From Octopus sinensis (Eukaryota), in NCBI RefSeq assembly GCF_006345805.1, contig NC_042998.1, positions 21,452,001 through 21,516,000 on the forward strand: a stretch of 64,000 nt of DNA, given 5' to 3'. Each line of letters opens with the position of its first letter. Within the stretch, counting starts at the first letter, position 1. Shown here one piece after another: positions 1-13,035 of the stretch. The notes under the pieces were generated by a model. It did no database searches. It was not told the origin of the DNA and was given only the letters and a program-made list of their open reading frames with translations. The translations under genes and the position numbers were made by a program.

Positions 1-590
1 CACATACATATACATACGTACAAACCTCGATATATACATCAAAATATTCACTCCCACACCCATACAAATAAATAAATAAAATAAATATCCCTAAAAAAAT
101 GGGTGCAATCTCACGCACATCAATCATGCATGTATACAAGTGCATACACAAACACACACTTTTACATAGTAATCATGCACTCCCACATCTACACATGCAC
201 TTATACACGCGCACACATGCACACACACCCATAATATGCATATTCACAGACACTCTCCTAGACAACTAAATATACGTATAAATGGCTACAAAACAATACC
301 CAATAAAAACCACCAAGAACAACATACCAAGCTATAATGCATGGGGACTAAAATACTAAAAAATTCTTAATAAAAAATCATGATAAATGAAATCCATACA
401 TACAAATATAAAGATAAAACCCCCTTATCAAATCCACAATACACACAAATACACACACATATATACACACACCCACAAACATAACCATATACACACTCAC
501 ACATACATATACATACGTACAAAACTCGATATATACACCAATATATTCAATCCGACTCTCAATAAATGATTAAATAAATACAAATACAAA
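1..590 (-). repeat. Diverged partial copies of the 3' region of the adjacent PLE-derived unit
   Basis: cacatacatatacatacgtacaaa occurs at 1 and ~500; gggtgcaatc(t/a)cacgcacat occurs at ~101, ~730 and ~3040. Confidence 0.55.
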
Positions 591-1298
591 CATAAATATA
601 TATATATATAAAATATATATAAATATATACATTCACACATATCATCCCATACACATATTTATAAAATACACTCTTTCAAAAAAGTAAATAAATATTAATA
701 TATGTATATATGAGTGTGTACACGCAGACGGGTGCAATCACACGCACATTCAAAACATGCATTTATACAAGTGCATAAACAATCCCACTCAATTACATAG
801 CACTCATACACTCCCGCATCTACACTTGCACTTGTACACACGCACACATGCATACACACCCATACCTACCTATTCACGGATAATCTCCTAAATATCTATA
901 TAAACGTATATTGCAACAAACAATACCCAAATAAAACTGCCATATTCAACATACCAAATAAAATACAAGGGGATTGTAAACATTCACACATACATACAAA
1001 ACACAATATATACACCTCTAAATACGCCCAATCATCCATAATAAAATATCCCCATATATACATATAACATATACATAATAAAATAAAATAAATAAATAAA
1101 TAAGTAAATAAAATAAAATAAATCTAATATAACTAAATAAAGTTTTAACTTACCATAAAATGAATTAATAAAAACAAAGAAATACCAATTAAAGACTAAC
1201 TATAATTAAAGCCTAAACTATATAACTAAAAATATATATGGTACTCTAAACTAAGATTAATATTAAACTAAAGTAACCTTTAAAGGAAGCTATTAAAG

Positions 1299-2600
1299 TT
1301 ATTTAACATGAAACTTATTATATAGGTAAAGTAACATATGTCTGCATTTTATTTTGCGCTCTTCACCTGTATTAAGTAAATTATCATACTTATAAAATAA
1401 AATTTCTTTAAACTCATTAGAGCATAAATAACAACAATTCGCTCCTATAGTATATGATTCAGTTTTACAAATTATTTCCCATGTTAAACTATAATTAATA
1501 TTTTGTGATTTAAGTCTCCAAATGTACTTACTAAGTCCAGTGGAGTTGATTAAGTTTTTATTTTTAAAAGAATTCATATGTTGTGCGATTCTTAATTTTA
1601 TTTTAGTGGAAGTAGACCCTATATAAACCGCTTTTGGGTAATTATTATTCTTAAAATTATTATCATGTAATGTAACTATACATTTATACACTACATCTCT
1701 AATATCACAATTATTATTCAATATACATTTAAATTTATCTCTACAAGTACAATTAATATAAGTCTTATCTCTATTATTATTATTATCTAAGAATTTATAT
1801 TTATAAAAATTATTCAGTTTAAATTTATTAAATGAAGAAATAATGTTACCTACATTATTAGTGATGGAATAACCTACTCCAAAATTATTACTAGAGAAAA
1901 TGTTTCTATATTTACGATTATCTCTAATAAATAGTTCTATAATATCTAAAATCTCTTTGATAATATTCGTTTTAACTTGAACACCATAAGGAACTATTAA
2001 CCAAATTTTATTCTTATTAACCTTATTACAATTGTCATTATTATAATTATTATATTTATAATAATTTAACTTATTAAAATTATTATCAGAATTATATCTA
2101 TGTACAGCATTTAAGGAATTATTAATATTATTAATTGTATCACTATTATTATTATTATTATAATTATTAATTTTATTATTATTTTTATTATTCTTATTTT
2201 TATTATTATTATTTCCATTTTTATTTTTATTTTTATTTTTATTATTTTTATTTTTATAATTTCTAATATTTTTACCACTAATACTAACAAAATTATAATT
2301 ATTATTATAATTATCTTGAAAATTATTAGTTAAATCTGTATCATTAATATTATAAAATTTAATATTCTTATTATAACCTGCCCCTCTAAGGGCCTCATTA
2401 TAATAAGTAGCATGTTTATTAAAAATCTCTATATCATAAGAGAGTAATGAAATACGTTTACTTATTGTTTTTTGTTTTTTGTTTTTGTTGTTTTGTTTTT
2501 TTGTTTTTTGTTTTTTGTTTTTTGTTTTTTGTTTTTTGTTTTTTGTTTTTTGTACATCTTTAAATATGAGAACTTTAATAATAGGTTTCTTTATATTCAA
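1299..2600 (-). CDS. PLE C-terminal ORF: RT-thumb remnant, Asn-rich linker, GIY-YIG endonuclease (no RT core)
   Basis: YKCIV...VYIGST...RIAQH, C-terminal CYLC...LLN...KCRH, and IFNKHATYYNEALRGAGY thumb-like motif; the N-terminal ~45 aa are translated (TTTTTG)n repeat. Confidence 0.8.
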   Translation of the reverse strand: MNIKKPIIKVLIFKDVQKTKNKKQKTKNKKQKTKKQNNKNKKQKTISKRISLLSYDIEIFNKHATYYNEALRGAGYNKNIKFYNINDTDLTNNFQDNYNNNYNFVSISGKNIRNYKNKNNKNKNKNKNGNNNNKNKNNKNNNKINNYNNNNNSDTINNINNSLNAVHRYNSDNNFNKLNYYKYNNYNNDNCNKVNKNKIWLIVPYGVQVKTNIIKEILDIIELFIRDNRKYRNIFSSNNFGVGYSITNNVGNIISSFNKFKLNNFYKYKFLDNNNNRDKTYINCTCRDKFKCILNNNCDIRDVVYKCIVTLHDNNFKNNNYPKAVYIGSTSTKIKLRIAQHMNSFKNKNLINSTGLSKYIWRLKSQNINYSLTWEIICKTESYTIGANCCYLCSNEFKEILFYKYDNLLNTGEERKIKCRHMLLYLYNKFHVK

Positions 2601-2748
2601 TTGTTTATAGGGTTTATTTTAGATTATATATTGATTATACATAGATTATATATAGATTATATATAGGTTATATATATTTATATTTTTCATTGATAATTTT
2701 ATTATTTTAAACTTATATTTTAATATATTGATATTTTAGATCGAAAAT

Positions 2749-2791
2749 CCACCTGACGAATGTCATTGAAGACATAAAACGATTGTAGTGG
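2749..2791 (+). ncRNA. Minimal type I hammerhead ribozyme motif, G12 replaced by A (probably inactive)
   Basis: ccac-CTGACGA-atgtc(attgaa)gacat-AAAA-c(gatt)GTA-gtgg. Confidence 0.65.
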
Positions 2792-2882
2792 CGGTTTATT
2801 TCTTTATATTAAAAATTTTTATGTATTGATTAAGTCTTTCCTTGTTTGTTTTGCAAAATAGTGGTTTTGTCTCGAATTATAT

Positions 2883-2913
<31 letters not shown>

Positions 2914-2914
2914 T

Positions 2915-5184
2915 ATATATAAAATATATATAAATATATACATTCACACATATCATCCCATACACATATTATAAAATACACTCTTTCAAAAAAGTAAATA
3001 AATATTAATATATGTATATATGAGTGTGTACACGCAGACGGGTGCAATCACACGCACATTCAAAACATGCATTTATACAAGTGCATAAACAATCCCACTC
3101 AATTACATAGCACTCATACACTCCCGCATCTACACTTGCACTTGTACACACGCACACATGCATACACACCCATACCTACCTATTCACGGATAATCTCCTA
3201 AATATCTATATAAACGTATATTGCAACAAACAATACCCAAATAAAACTGCCATATTCAACATACCAAATAAAATACAAGGGGATTGTAAACATTCACACA
3301 TACATACAAAACACAATATATACACCTCTAAATACGCCCAATCATCCATAATAAAATATCCCCATATATACATATAACATATACATAATAAAATAAATAA
3401 ATAAATAAATAAATAAGTAAATAAAATAAAATAAATCTAATATAACTAAATAAAGTTTAATAAAGTTTTAACTTACCATAAAATGAATTAATAAAAACAA
3501 AGAAATACCAATTAAAGACTAACTATAATTAAAGCCTAAACTATATAACTAAAAATATATATGGTACTCTAAACTAAGATTAATATTAAACTAAAGTAAC
3601 CTTTAAAGGAAGCTATTAAAGTTATTTAACATGAAACTTATTATATAGGTAAAGTAACATATGTCTGCATTTTATTTTGCGCTCTTCACCTGTATTAAGT
3701 AAATTATCATACTTATAAAATAAAATTTCTTTAAACTCATTAGAGCATAAATAACAACAATTCGCTCCTATAGTATATGATTCAGTTTTACAAATTATTT
3801 CCCATGTTAAACTATAATTAATATTTTGTGATTTAAGTCTCCAAATGTACTTACTAAGTCCAGTGGAGTTGATTAAGTTTTTATTTTTAAAAGAATTCAT
3901 ATGTTGTGCGATTCTTAATTTTATTTTAGTGGAAGTAGACCCTATATAAACCGCTTTTGGGTAATTATTATTCTTAAAATTATTATCATGTAATGTAACT
4001 ATACATTTATACACTACATCTCTAATATCACAATTATTATTCATATACATTTAAATTTATCTCTACAAGTACAATTAATATAAGTCTTATCTCTATTATT
4101 ATTATTATCTAAGAATTTATATTTATAAAAATTATTCAGTTTAAATTTATTAAATGAAGAAATAATGTTACCTACATTATTAGTGATGGAATAACCTACT
4201 CCAAAATTATTACTAGAGAAAATGTTTCTATATTTACGATTATCTCTAATAAATAGTTCTATAATATCTAAAATCTCTTTGATAATATTCGTTTTAACTT
4301 GAACACCATAAGGAACTATTAACCAAATTTTATTCTTATTAACCTTATTACAATTGTCATTATTATAATTATTATATTTATAATAATTAACTTATTAAAA
4401 TTATTATCAGAATTATATCTATGTACAGCATTTAAGGAATTATTAATATTATTAATTGTATCACTATATTATTATTATTATAATTATTAATTTTATTATT
4501 ATTTTTATTATTCTTACTTTTATTATTATTATTTCCATTTTTATTTTTATTTTTATTTTTATTATTTTTATTTTTATAATTTCTAATATTTTTACCACTA
4601 ATACTAACAAAATTATAATTATTATTATAATTATCTTGAAAATTATTAGTTAAATCTGTATCATTAATATTATAAAATTTAATATTCTTATTATAACCTG
4701 CCCCTCTAAGGGCCTCATTATAATAAGTAGCATGTTTATTAAAAATCTCTATATCATAAGAGAGTAATGAAATACGTTTACTTATTGTTTTTTGTTTTTT
4801 GTTTTTGTTGTTTTGTTTTTTTGTTTTTTTTTGTTTTTTGTATTTTGTTTTTTGTTTTTTGTACATCTTTAAATATGAGAACTTTAATAATAGGTTTCTT
4901 TATATTCAATTGTTTATAGGGTTTATTTTAGATTATATATTGATTATACATAGATTATATATAGATTATATATAGGTTATATATATTTATATTTTCATGA
5001 TAATTTTATTATTTTAAACTTATATTTTAATATATTGATATTTTAGATCGAAAATCCACCTGACGAATGTCATTGAAGACATAAAACGATTGTAGTGGCG
5101 GTTTATTTCTTTATATTAAAAATTTTTATGTATTGATTAAGTCTTTCCTTGTTTGTTTTGCAAAATAGTGGTTTTGTCTCGAAT

Positions 5185-5190
<6 letters not shown>
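2915..5190 (-). pseudogene. Tandem unit 2 of the PLE derivative; GIY-YIG ORF broken by 1-nt deletions
   Basis: Near-identical to unit 1 at an offset of ~2310-2322; ORF split into 3622-4050 and 4432-4866; same hammerhead motif at 5056-5098. Confidence 0.8.
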
Positions 5191-5246
<56 letters not shown>

Positions 5247-6304
5247 GTATGTATGTATGTATGTATATATGTGTGTGTGTGTGTAGAAAGAGAAACGATG
5301 AAAAAGCACTGAAGATTTGTTTTACAGGATTTAAGAGAATATTACAGTCATGATAATACAGATATACAATTAAGGGGTTGTTCTTTCAACATAATTGAAG
5401 TAAGGATCGGTCTCGCATTGCTCATCAAGCTGGGAGCTAAAAAGATATGTTGCTAGGGAGGAAAATATATTACTCGGGGTGATAATTGTTCACTCATTTA
5501 TTTTGCAGTAAGGGGGAGGTAAATCTGTAATTTTTACTTTCTGTTTTCTTTTGTGTTCTCTGTTTTATTATGGCTTATATTTTCCATTAGATGGGATAAG
5601 TCCTTTATTTTGAATATAGGTTCATTAGCAAGTTTGGTTTATAGTTTTGGGTAAATGAGGTTTCTTTATTCGGTGCTAGGAATAAGCTCGTGATGAAACA
5701 GCTAAAAAATACTGGAACGTAGTTAACCCCAACATAACCAACTCACAGCGATAATTGTCCGGAATTGTCCGGAATTTTCCAGCTGCCATCACTAAATTTG
5801 CCTGCCTCTCCAAATTTGGTTAACAAACACGGCTGTGGAATATATCCAACTTAGAAACATCTTGAAACTACAGTTCATACGAATTTCTTCTACATTTTCG
5901 AAAATATCGTTGAGCGACAAGACATTCCCAACTGTATTAAGAAAATAATGTTACAGCCCTAATGTTGAGAGTTATCAATGATCTCACTGGAGAGAGAGGA
6001 TGATTTGCCTTTTTATAGCATTTATTGTTTAGCTTTCTTCCTTTATTCTTGACGTTCGTCTGCATTCATTTCCTCACGTCACGGTGTTATTTTTTGCCTC
6101 TTTTTTTATTACATCTTCTCGCTGTTGCTCTCTGGTCCGTCCCATATAACTGTGTATCCTTTTAACCCTTATAAACAATTATCATTTTTCTTAAGCGTCC
6201 AGACGATAAATAATTGCGATTGTCACTATAAAAAAATTAGTTCAATAAAAAGAAAAAAAATTTCAATATCAACTCACCACCACCGCTATCTGCCTCTCTG
6301 TCTG

Positions 6305-6345
<41 letters not shown>

Positions 6346-6739
6346 GTCTCTCTTTCTGTCTTTATCAACATAACTGCCTCCCTATCCATCTCTATCTACC
6401 TTTCCCTTTTAAACCACGTAATAAGTATTCTTTCACCACCCCAATGCACGTCGTTAACACTTCTCACTCCCTCTTTTTTTCCCCCGTTCTTCGCTTCTAC
6501 CTTCAGCCGACCACGCGACCATTTGGGTTAGTGTATTAATATTAATCACCTTTCTCTTCTTATTCTTCTTTTCTTCTGTCATTCCTTCTTTTCTCTCTCT
6601 TTCTCTTTCTCCTCTCTCTCCTCCACCTCTATCCCTCTAACTAACTAATGTATATCGGGCGAACGAACATGCACATTATTATACAGATAATAATTAGCGC
6701 ACGTGTTTTTGTAATTGAATGCCAGTGACAATTTGGATA

Positions 6740-7025
6740 AGCTGAGGTTTACAGAAAAACACATCAAGGAAGAATAATAGAAACCCAGAGGACAATTAAA
6801 GTAATAAAACCTAGAGGAGAACATACATGCACGCCATGATAGATCGTTAGCCACTACACACATTTTTTTTGTCTCCTTGTTTTCTCTCCTTGTTTTCTGT
6901 GTCCCTTTCTGTAGAAGAGCGTAGGCTCGAAACGTAAATGACTTTTTCTATTCCTGAGTGTTATACTAATACATCTGTTTGTTTTGTACACCACCTGTCT
7001 TCGTCTTTTGTTATTTTTTTAGTAA
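6740..7025 (+). mobile_element. PLE-type 3' end/pLTR fragment with a degenerate hammerhead (6905-6940)
   Basis: ttt-CTGTAGA-agagc(gtag)gctc-GAAA-cGTA-aa with A6 replaced by U; followed by (TACA)n. Confidence 0.5.
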
Positions 7026-7553
7026 ACTCTCCCTACATACATACATACATACATACATACATACATACATACATACATACATACATACATACATACATAC
7101 ATACATAATTGGAGAGCTTGGTTTTGTAAGTAAATACCTTACTGTCAGTCAGGATAAGACTGGATTTTTAGAAAAAGAAATCAACCAATTGTTTCACATT
7201 TATAAATACAATCTCTAAGCGGAACAGTAAAGCCAAGCAAGACTTTCCTCAGGTTCAAATTGGGACAATGTTTTCGTTATCTATTAATACATTCCAAAGA
7301 TGGAGTCTTGTACCTTTATTAGAAACCAGCTTTTTCTTCAGCGGAAGAATTTAAGTGATTAAAAACAGGAGATATATACATACTTTCATGGTCCTCCTGA
7401 AATACATTAACACCTATTTTCAAAAGTTCTTTTCAAGGAAAGATTCATAGGCATCATAAAGACATTAATTTTGTTTGACTATGAAATACTTACTATCATT
7501 GTTTGAGCCTGCGTACGTTCTGTTTAGCATGATATGGAGTCTACATAACTATA

Positions 7554-7935
7554 GTGGAGGCGCAATGGCCCAGTGGTTAGGGCAGCGGACTTGCGGTCGT
7601 ACGATCACGATTTCGATTCCCAGACAGGACGTTGTGAGTGTTTATTGAGCGAAAACACCTAAAGCTCCACGAGGCTCCGGCAGGGATGGTGGTGATCCCT
7701 GCTGTACTCTTTCACCACAACTTTCTCTCACTCTTTCTTCCTGTTTCTGTTGTATCTGTATTTCAAAGGGCCAGCCTTGTCACTCTCTGTGTCACGCTGA
7801 ATATCCCCGAGAACTACGTTAAGGGTACACGTGTCTGTGGAGTGCTCAGCCACATGCACGTTAATTTCATGAGCAGGCTGTTCCGTTGATCGGATCAACC
7901 CGAACCCTCGTCGTCGTAACCGACGGAGTGCTTCC
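7554..7935 (+). mobile_element. tRNA-derived SINE (head H1 + tail T1)
   Basis: A-box TGGCCCAGTGG, B-box-like GATTTCGATTCC; near-identical copy at 15987-16372. Confidence 0.85.
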
Positions 7936-8014
7936 AAAAAACATAAATATATCATCAAGAAAGAGGTTTCAATGAACAACTTATCCTTTTTCAGGATATG
8001 ACCATTTCAATACT

Positions 8015-8150
8015 TTTGCTCACATGTAAGCTGTTCATGAAGAATTATATCCTGAAAGGGAAGTATTTTCTAAAGGAAATAACCTTTCTCACGTTAGTAA
8101 CGTAACCTGTCACTCCATTTATAAATTACTGCTAACACTACCCTCAGTTC
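8015..8150 (+). promoter_or_regulatory. Core promoter of dispanin gene A: E-box CACATG (8021), TATAAA (8120), TCAGTT initiator (A at 8146)
   Basis: Same motifs in the same order and similar spacing upstream of gene B (53872, 53989, 54016). Confidence 0.6.
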
Positions 8151-8259
8151 ACACAGTTGCTACTTCAGTGAGAAAGCTGAGTTGGATCACGAACATTTTT
8201 GGATTTTCCAAATTCAGTGTTTTATTGCTAGCAGCACGAAGCAGCAGAGATTCACAGAC

Positions 8260-8269
8260 ATGGAAGCCA
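8260..8269 (+). CDS. Dispanin gene A coding exon 1 (ATG GAA GCC A, phase 1)
   Basis: ATGGAAGCCA|gtaagt consensus donor; identical 10 nt and donor at 54138 in gene B; phase matches exon 2. Confidence 0.75.
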
Positions 8270-8723
8270 GTAAGTATATATTAATGAATTTTCGCAAGTC
8301 CTCATTATATATCCACTTCTAAAACTCTTTTTCTAAACACATTCTACGATTTAATCGATAAGGCGTTAACAAAATTCCAGTTTTCCATTCCATCAGTTGA
8401 CGAATGTTAATTAAAAACTAATTTGAACACGCTTGTAATATACGCTGGACTAACTGAGCCCAATTCTAAAAGGTATTGTTGATTTCTGATAAAGATTTTT
8501 TTAGCACCCTACGTGCATGTGAATGTATTCGAATGTTTCAACAACTATATATGTATGTGCGCTGTTGAGAAACGGAGAAAAAGAAAACTCCATACGTAAA
8601 AAAAACCCAGAATATTACAGTTGTTACTTTAAATTTAAGCTTCTTTATATACATTCACACAAACATACATGCGCACGCACATACATAAAGACTCACATAC
8701 ACGCATTCAAATATGTATACATG

Positions 8724-8724
<1 letters not shown>

Positions 8725-8782
<58 letters not shown>

Positions 8783-8818
8783 ATAAATAGATAGATAGAT
8801 AGATAGATGGATAGATAA

Positions 8819-8880
<62 letters not shown>

Positions 8881-8917
8881 GGATAGATGGATGGATAGAT
8901 AGATAGATAGATTGATT

Positions 8918-8987
<70 letters not shown>

Positions 8988-8990
8988 AAT
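8725..8990. repeat. (GATA)n microsatellite
   Basis: Direct reading. Confidence 0.95.
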
Positions 8991-9014
8991 GGATATATAG
9001 ATATTTATATATAT

Positions 9015-9250
9015 TCTTATATTCCTTTACTTATTTCAGTCATTTGACTGCGGCCATGCTGTAGCACCACCTTGAAGAGTTTTAGTCGATGAAATTTACC
9101 CCAAGACGTTGTAAGCCTAGCATTTATTCTAAGGGTATCTTTTGCCGAACCGTTAAATTTCGGGGTCGTAAACACTCTAACATCAATTTCAAGGGACAGA
9201 ATAAAGGGAAGCACAAATAAATATATACGACAGGATTATTTTCATTTTCT
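9015..9250 (-). mobile_element. SINE family S3, 3' part (other copies 13620-13860 +, 22240-22580 -, 48410-48520 -, 52375-52460 +, 55140-55430 -)
   Basis: Shared tail gcatggccgcagtcaaatgactgaaacaagtaaaaga and body acttattctatcggtctcttttgccgaaccgct. Confidence 0.8.
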
Positions 9251-9255
9251 GTCTA

Positions 9256-9299
<44 letters not shown>

Positions 9300-9444
9300 T
9301 TGCTGAACCCTAATTATAATTATACTCGTAATTATAAAATATTGTTTAAGTTTACCGAAAAATGGTCCTTTTTCATGCCGAATTCTAATTGGTGGAATTA
9401 TTAATTACTAGTTAATTAATTAATTTTACCGTTTATTGTTATTG

Positions 9445-9525
<81 letters not shown>

Positions 9526-9658
9526 TATTATACACATATATATATATACACATATATATATACACATATATATATATACATATATATAATATGTAATATA
9601 TATATATATATATATATAATTATATATAATATATATATATATATATACATATATATAT

Positions 9659-9754
<96 letters not shown>

Positions 9755-9759
9755 GTATA

Positions 9760-9814
<55 letters not shown>

Positions 9815-9815
9815 T
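9445..9815. repeat. (TA)n microsatellite (another long one at ~21865-22230)
   Basis: Direct reading; source of the YI-repeat pseudo-ORFs. Confidence 0.95.
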
Positions 9816-10122
9816 GTAAGGGAAGCAGTGGCCGACAACAGAATGTTATAGTCAAGTCTTATTGTGTATCTGATAAAATATTACCAGCTTGCCAATAAAT
9901 GTGTGAGGGGATCGCAGCCGTTTGCATGGTGATATCGTTTTATTGGTTATGTTTCAATTCCATCAAACAATGAGCGACAGTTTGGCATGTAGCTGTCTTC
10001 GAGAATTTTGTGTTACTCATTTTCGTCTTCTTTTCGCTGCATGGTATGTCGTTTTAGAGTTTGGTAATGATTGTCTAAAAATTAATACTATCAATATTTT
10101 TTTATTATCATACAAGGCGGTG

Positions 10123-10580
10123 AGCCTGGCAGAACCGTCAGCACGCTGGTCAAAATGCGTAGCCGTTACGTTCTGAGTTCAAATTCCGCCAAGGTCGACT
10201 TTGCCTTTCATCCTTTCGGGGTCGATAAATTACCTACCAGTTACGCACTGGGGTCGATGTAATCGACTTAATCCGTTTGTCTGTCCTTGTTTGTCCCCTC
10301 TGTGTTTAGCCCCTCGTGGGTAGTAAAGAAATATAAAAATTAATACTATCAATATTTTTTTTACCATACAAGGCGGTGAGCTGGCAGAACCGTTAGCACG
10401 CCGGTCGAAATGCGTAGCTGTATTTTGTCTGTCGTTACGTTCAGAGTTCAAATTCCGCCGAGGTCGACTTTGCCTTTCATCCTTTCGGGGTCGATAAATT
10501 AACTACCGGTTACGCACTGGGGTCGTTTGTCTGTCCTTGTTTGTCCCCTCTATGTTTAGCCCCTTGTGGGTAATAAAGTA
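10123..10580 (+). mobile_element. Two copies of SINE family S2 in a local tandem duplication that includes the 5' flank
   Basis: gagctggcagaaccgttagc...gagttcaaattccgcc...gtcgactttgcctttcatcctttcggggtcga...tail; flank aaaattaatactatcaatatttt is repeated before each copy. Confidence 0.85.
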
Positions 10581-10975
10581 ACAAATATTTTTCTACTATA
10601 CATCTCTTTATAATACTGCTATTAATAATATTCTAGCTACTACTCAGTATGCCTCTGTATAATAATAAACAAATATTTGTATTGGTTTCCATTCAGCCCC
10701 TTTGGCAAAAATAATTATGTTTTTACTATCCTACAAAAAACAAATACATCTAATCACACTGCTTGTAGTTGTTCTCGTAAATAGCTAAAAACTTTTTTTC
10801 TGTCCTGAAGCATTCTTGGTTTATTATTCTTGTCAAAATGGTCATTCTTCTTTCATCATTCTATAACAAAATGCTTCTTCGATTTCAGTTTGCATACACT
10901 TTTATTGTAATACAGTTTTGTATTTATTAACAAGTAATTTACTCTTCATTTTTTTCTCTATAAGCAACAGTTTTT

Positions 10976-11396
10976 GGATCTTTTCGGTTTGAACTTCAGT
11001 TTTTCTAGCGGTGTCATATGAAATTGTCATCCATAATTATGACCCTAGTATCGATCTATTGCATTTCAACCTGTTTTAGGGTTAGGGTTAGGGGTGGGGG
11101 GAAGGGTATCTTTTTTTTCTTCACAAATGTAAATAAACCCAATCTGTTTCTTAAACGAGGGACATATTCATACGGCACAGAATGTTTTTTTTTACCTCAA
11201 TAGACGTCAGTGATTGGTTGAAATTGCAGAAATTGAAGAAAAAACAACAACAAATATCTTACAAACCATAGAATTTTCTCAATAAAGCCAAGAGAAAAAG
11301 ATGTTTTATAAATACATTGTACCAGTATACGAAGTTTAAAAGTGTTTAGTTACCTAAAAATTATGTTAAAAACTGCCGTTCAAACCGAAAAGATCC
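10976..11396. mobile_element. MITE-like element with 19-bp TIRs and internal (TTAGGG)3
   Basis: ggatcttttcggtttgaac / gttcaaaccgaaaagatcc; 33-bp direct repeat on both flanks. Confidence 0.7.
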
Positions 11397-11829
11397 ATTT
11401 ACTCTTCATTTTTTTCTCTATAAGCAACATTTTAAAAAAATAATTAGTAAATAAATATTTCAACCAGCATACAACTTGATTTTAATGTGGATAACCTTAC
11501 ATGTAGTTTTCTTAATGTATTTATTTCAATTATCAACCTTATTTGACTCATAAAATAAAATCTTAATATTTTTCGTTCACTTCTGTCAGTAAAATTTAGT
11601 ATGATAAAATTTTGTGTATTCAGTGACAATTAGATTCCTTCACTATTAAATTGACACTCTGCGTGCTTTCTTCGTTTTTGATTGACAAATAATTTGTCAA
11701 AAATATATATAACGATAACTCACAAACTATATATCAGTAAAGCTATTCATTCTGCTCGGTGGTTAATGTAAACAATACTAATCATATATATTCACGAATT
11801 GAATCGAGGTTCTTTTGACATTGAACACA

Positions 11830-12207
11830 TTTAGACAAACGAGGACAGACAAACGGATTAAGTCTATTATATTGACCCCAGTGCGTAACTGGTACTTATT
11901 TAATCGATCCTGAAAGGATGAAAGGCAAAGTCGACCTCGGCGGAATTTGAACTCAGAACGTAGCGCCGGGCGAAATACCTATTTCTTTACTACCCACAAG
12001 GGGCTAAACACAGTGAGGACAAACAAGGACAGACAAACGAATTAAGTCGATTATATCGACCCCAGTGCATAATTGGTACTTATTTAATCGACCCCGAAAG
12101 GAGGAAAGGCAAAGTCGACCTTGGCGGAATTTGAACTCAGAACGTAGCGGCAGACAAAATACTGCTAAGCATTTCGCGTGCTAACGTCTCTTCCAGCTCG
12201 CCGCTTT
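11830..12207 (-). mobile_element. SINE S2 head-body-tail-body dimer
   Basis: Junction AAGAAATA|GGTATTTCG on the minus strand. Confidence 0.8.
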
Positions 12208-12289
12208 TTTCTCAGAAGGTAATGGCAGGCGAAATACCGCCACACGAATTACGAACTGTTTATACATTGTGTGAATTAGTTTGTTTGTT

Positions 12290-12948
12290 TGTATTTTTGA
12301 AATTAGCTATTTCATCTTTAAATATGAAAAATTAATTTATTAGGTTTTTATTATATGTGCATATATATTTATTTATAGAGATTATTTTAGATCTTAATTA
12401 TAATATTTATATACATTTATATATTTTCATTGATAATTTATATATAATAGTCATTTTTTTAAAAGATATTTATGTAATTAGATATAGACTATTACCGATA
12501 TTAGATTATTGGTGGGTTTCATCTTTAAATTTCTTACCTTAAAATTAAAATTAATTTTTAACATTATAATCGATTTTGATATAATCATAATCGTTAAGTT
12601 TTAAGTTTCTAGTTTGATAATAGAGTTTATTATAAGTAAAATTATTATATTATTTATATCTTTAAAATATTGTTTAAATATTTCTGATTATTTTTAAAAT
12701 ATTTCAATTAACCTGAAGATTGACTGTAACCATAATTCGAATTATTAATTGAATTTAAATTATTGTTATTCGAATTGGTACAGCCATGAAACCATCGTAG
12801 TGTTATACTTTTATCTTTTATTAAACTTTTAATACTTTTGATATTTATATAATAAAAAAAATAATAAATATTAAAATTTTAAAAAAATAGAAAATTTTTT
12901 TAAAATTAATAAATAAAGTAATATATAAATATAAAAATATACATATAT

Positions 12949-13035
<87 letters not shown>

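Larger units (their letters stand above)
590..2880 (-). mobile_element. Internally deleted Penelope-like element, tandem unit 1 (~2.3 kb)
   Basis: Contains the GIY-YIG ORF and a hammerhead-bearing terminal segment; near-identical to ~2915-5190; bounded by (TA)n. Confidence 0.8.

Noticed and set aside
5405-5432. Hammerhead-like TTGATGA-gcaatgc-GAGA on the minus strand
   Set aside because: Two core changes and no credible stem I
7554-7630. tRNA-like sequence
   Set aside because: Continues into a SINE body, is multi-copy with TSDs, and no complete cloverleaf is evident
9436-9855. YI-repeat ORFs (also 21671-22329, 45339-45569 and others)
   Set aside because: Translations of (TA)n microsatellites
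11076-11093. (TTAGGG)3 as a telomere or healed break
   Set aside because: Only three units, internal to a TIR element
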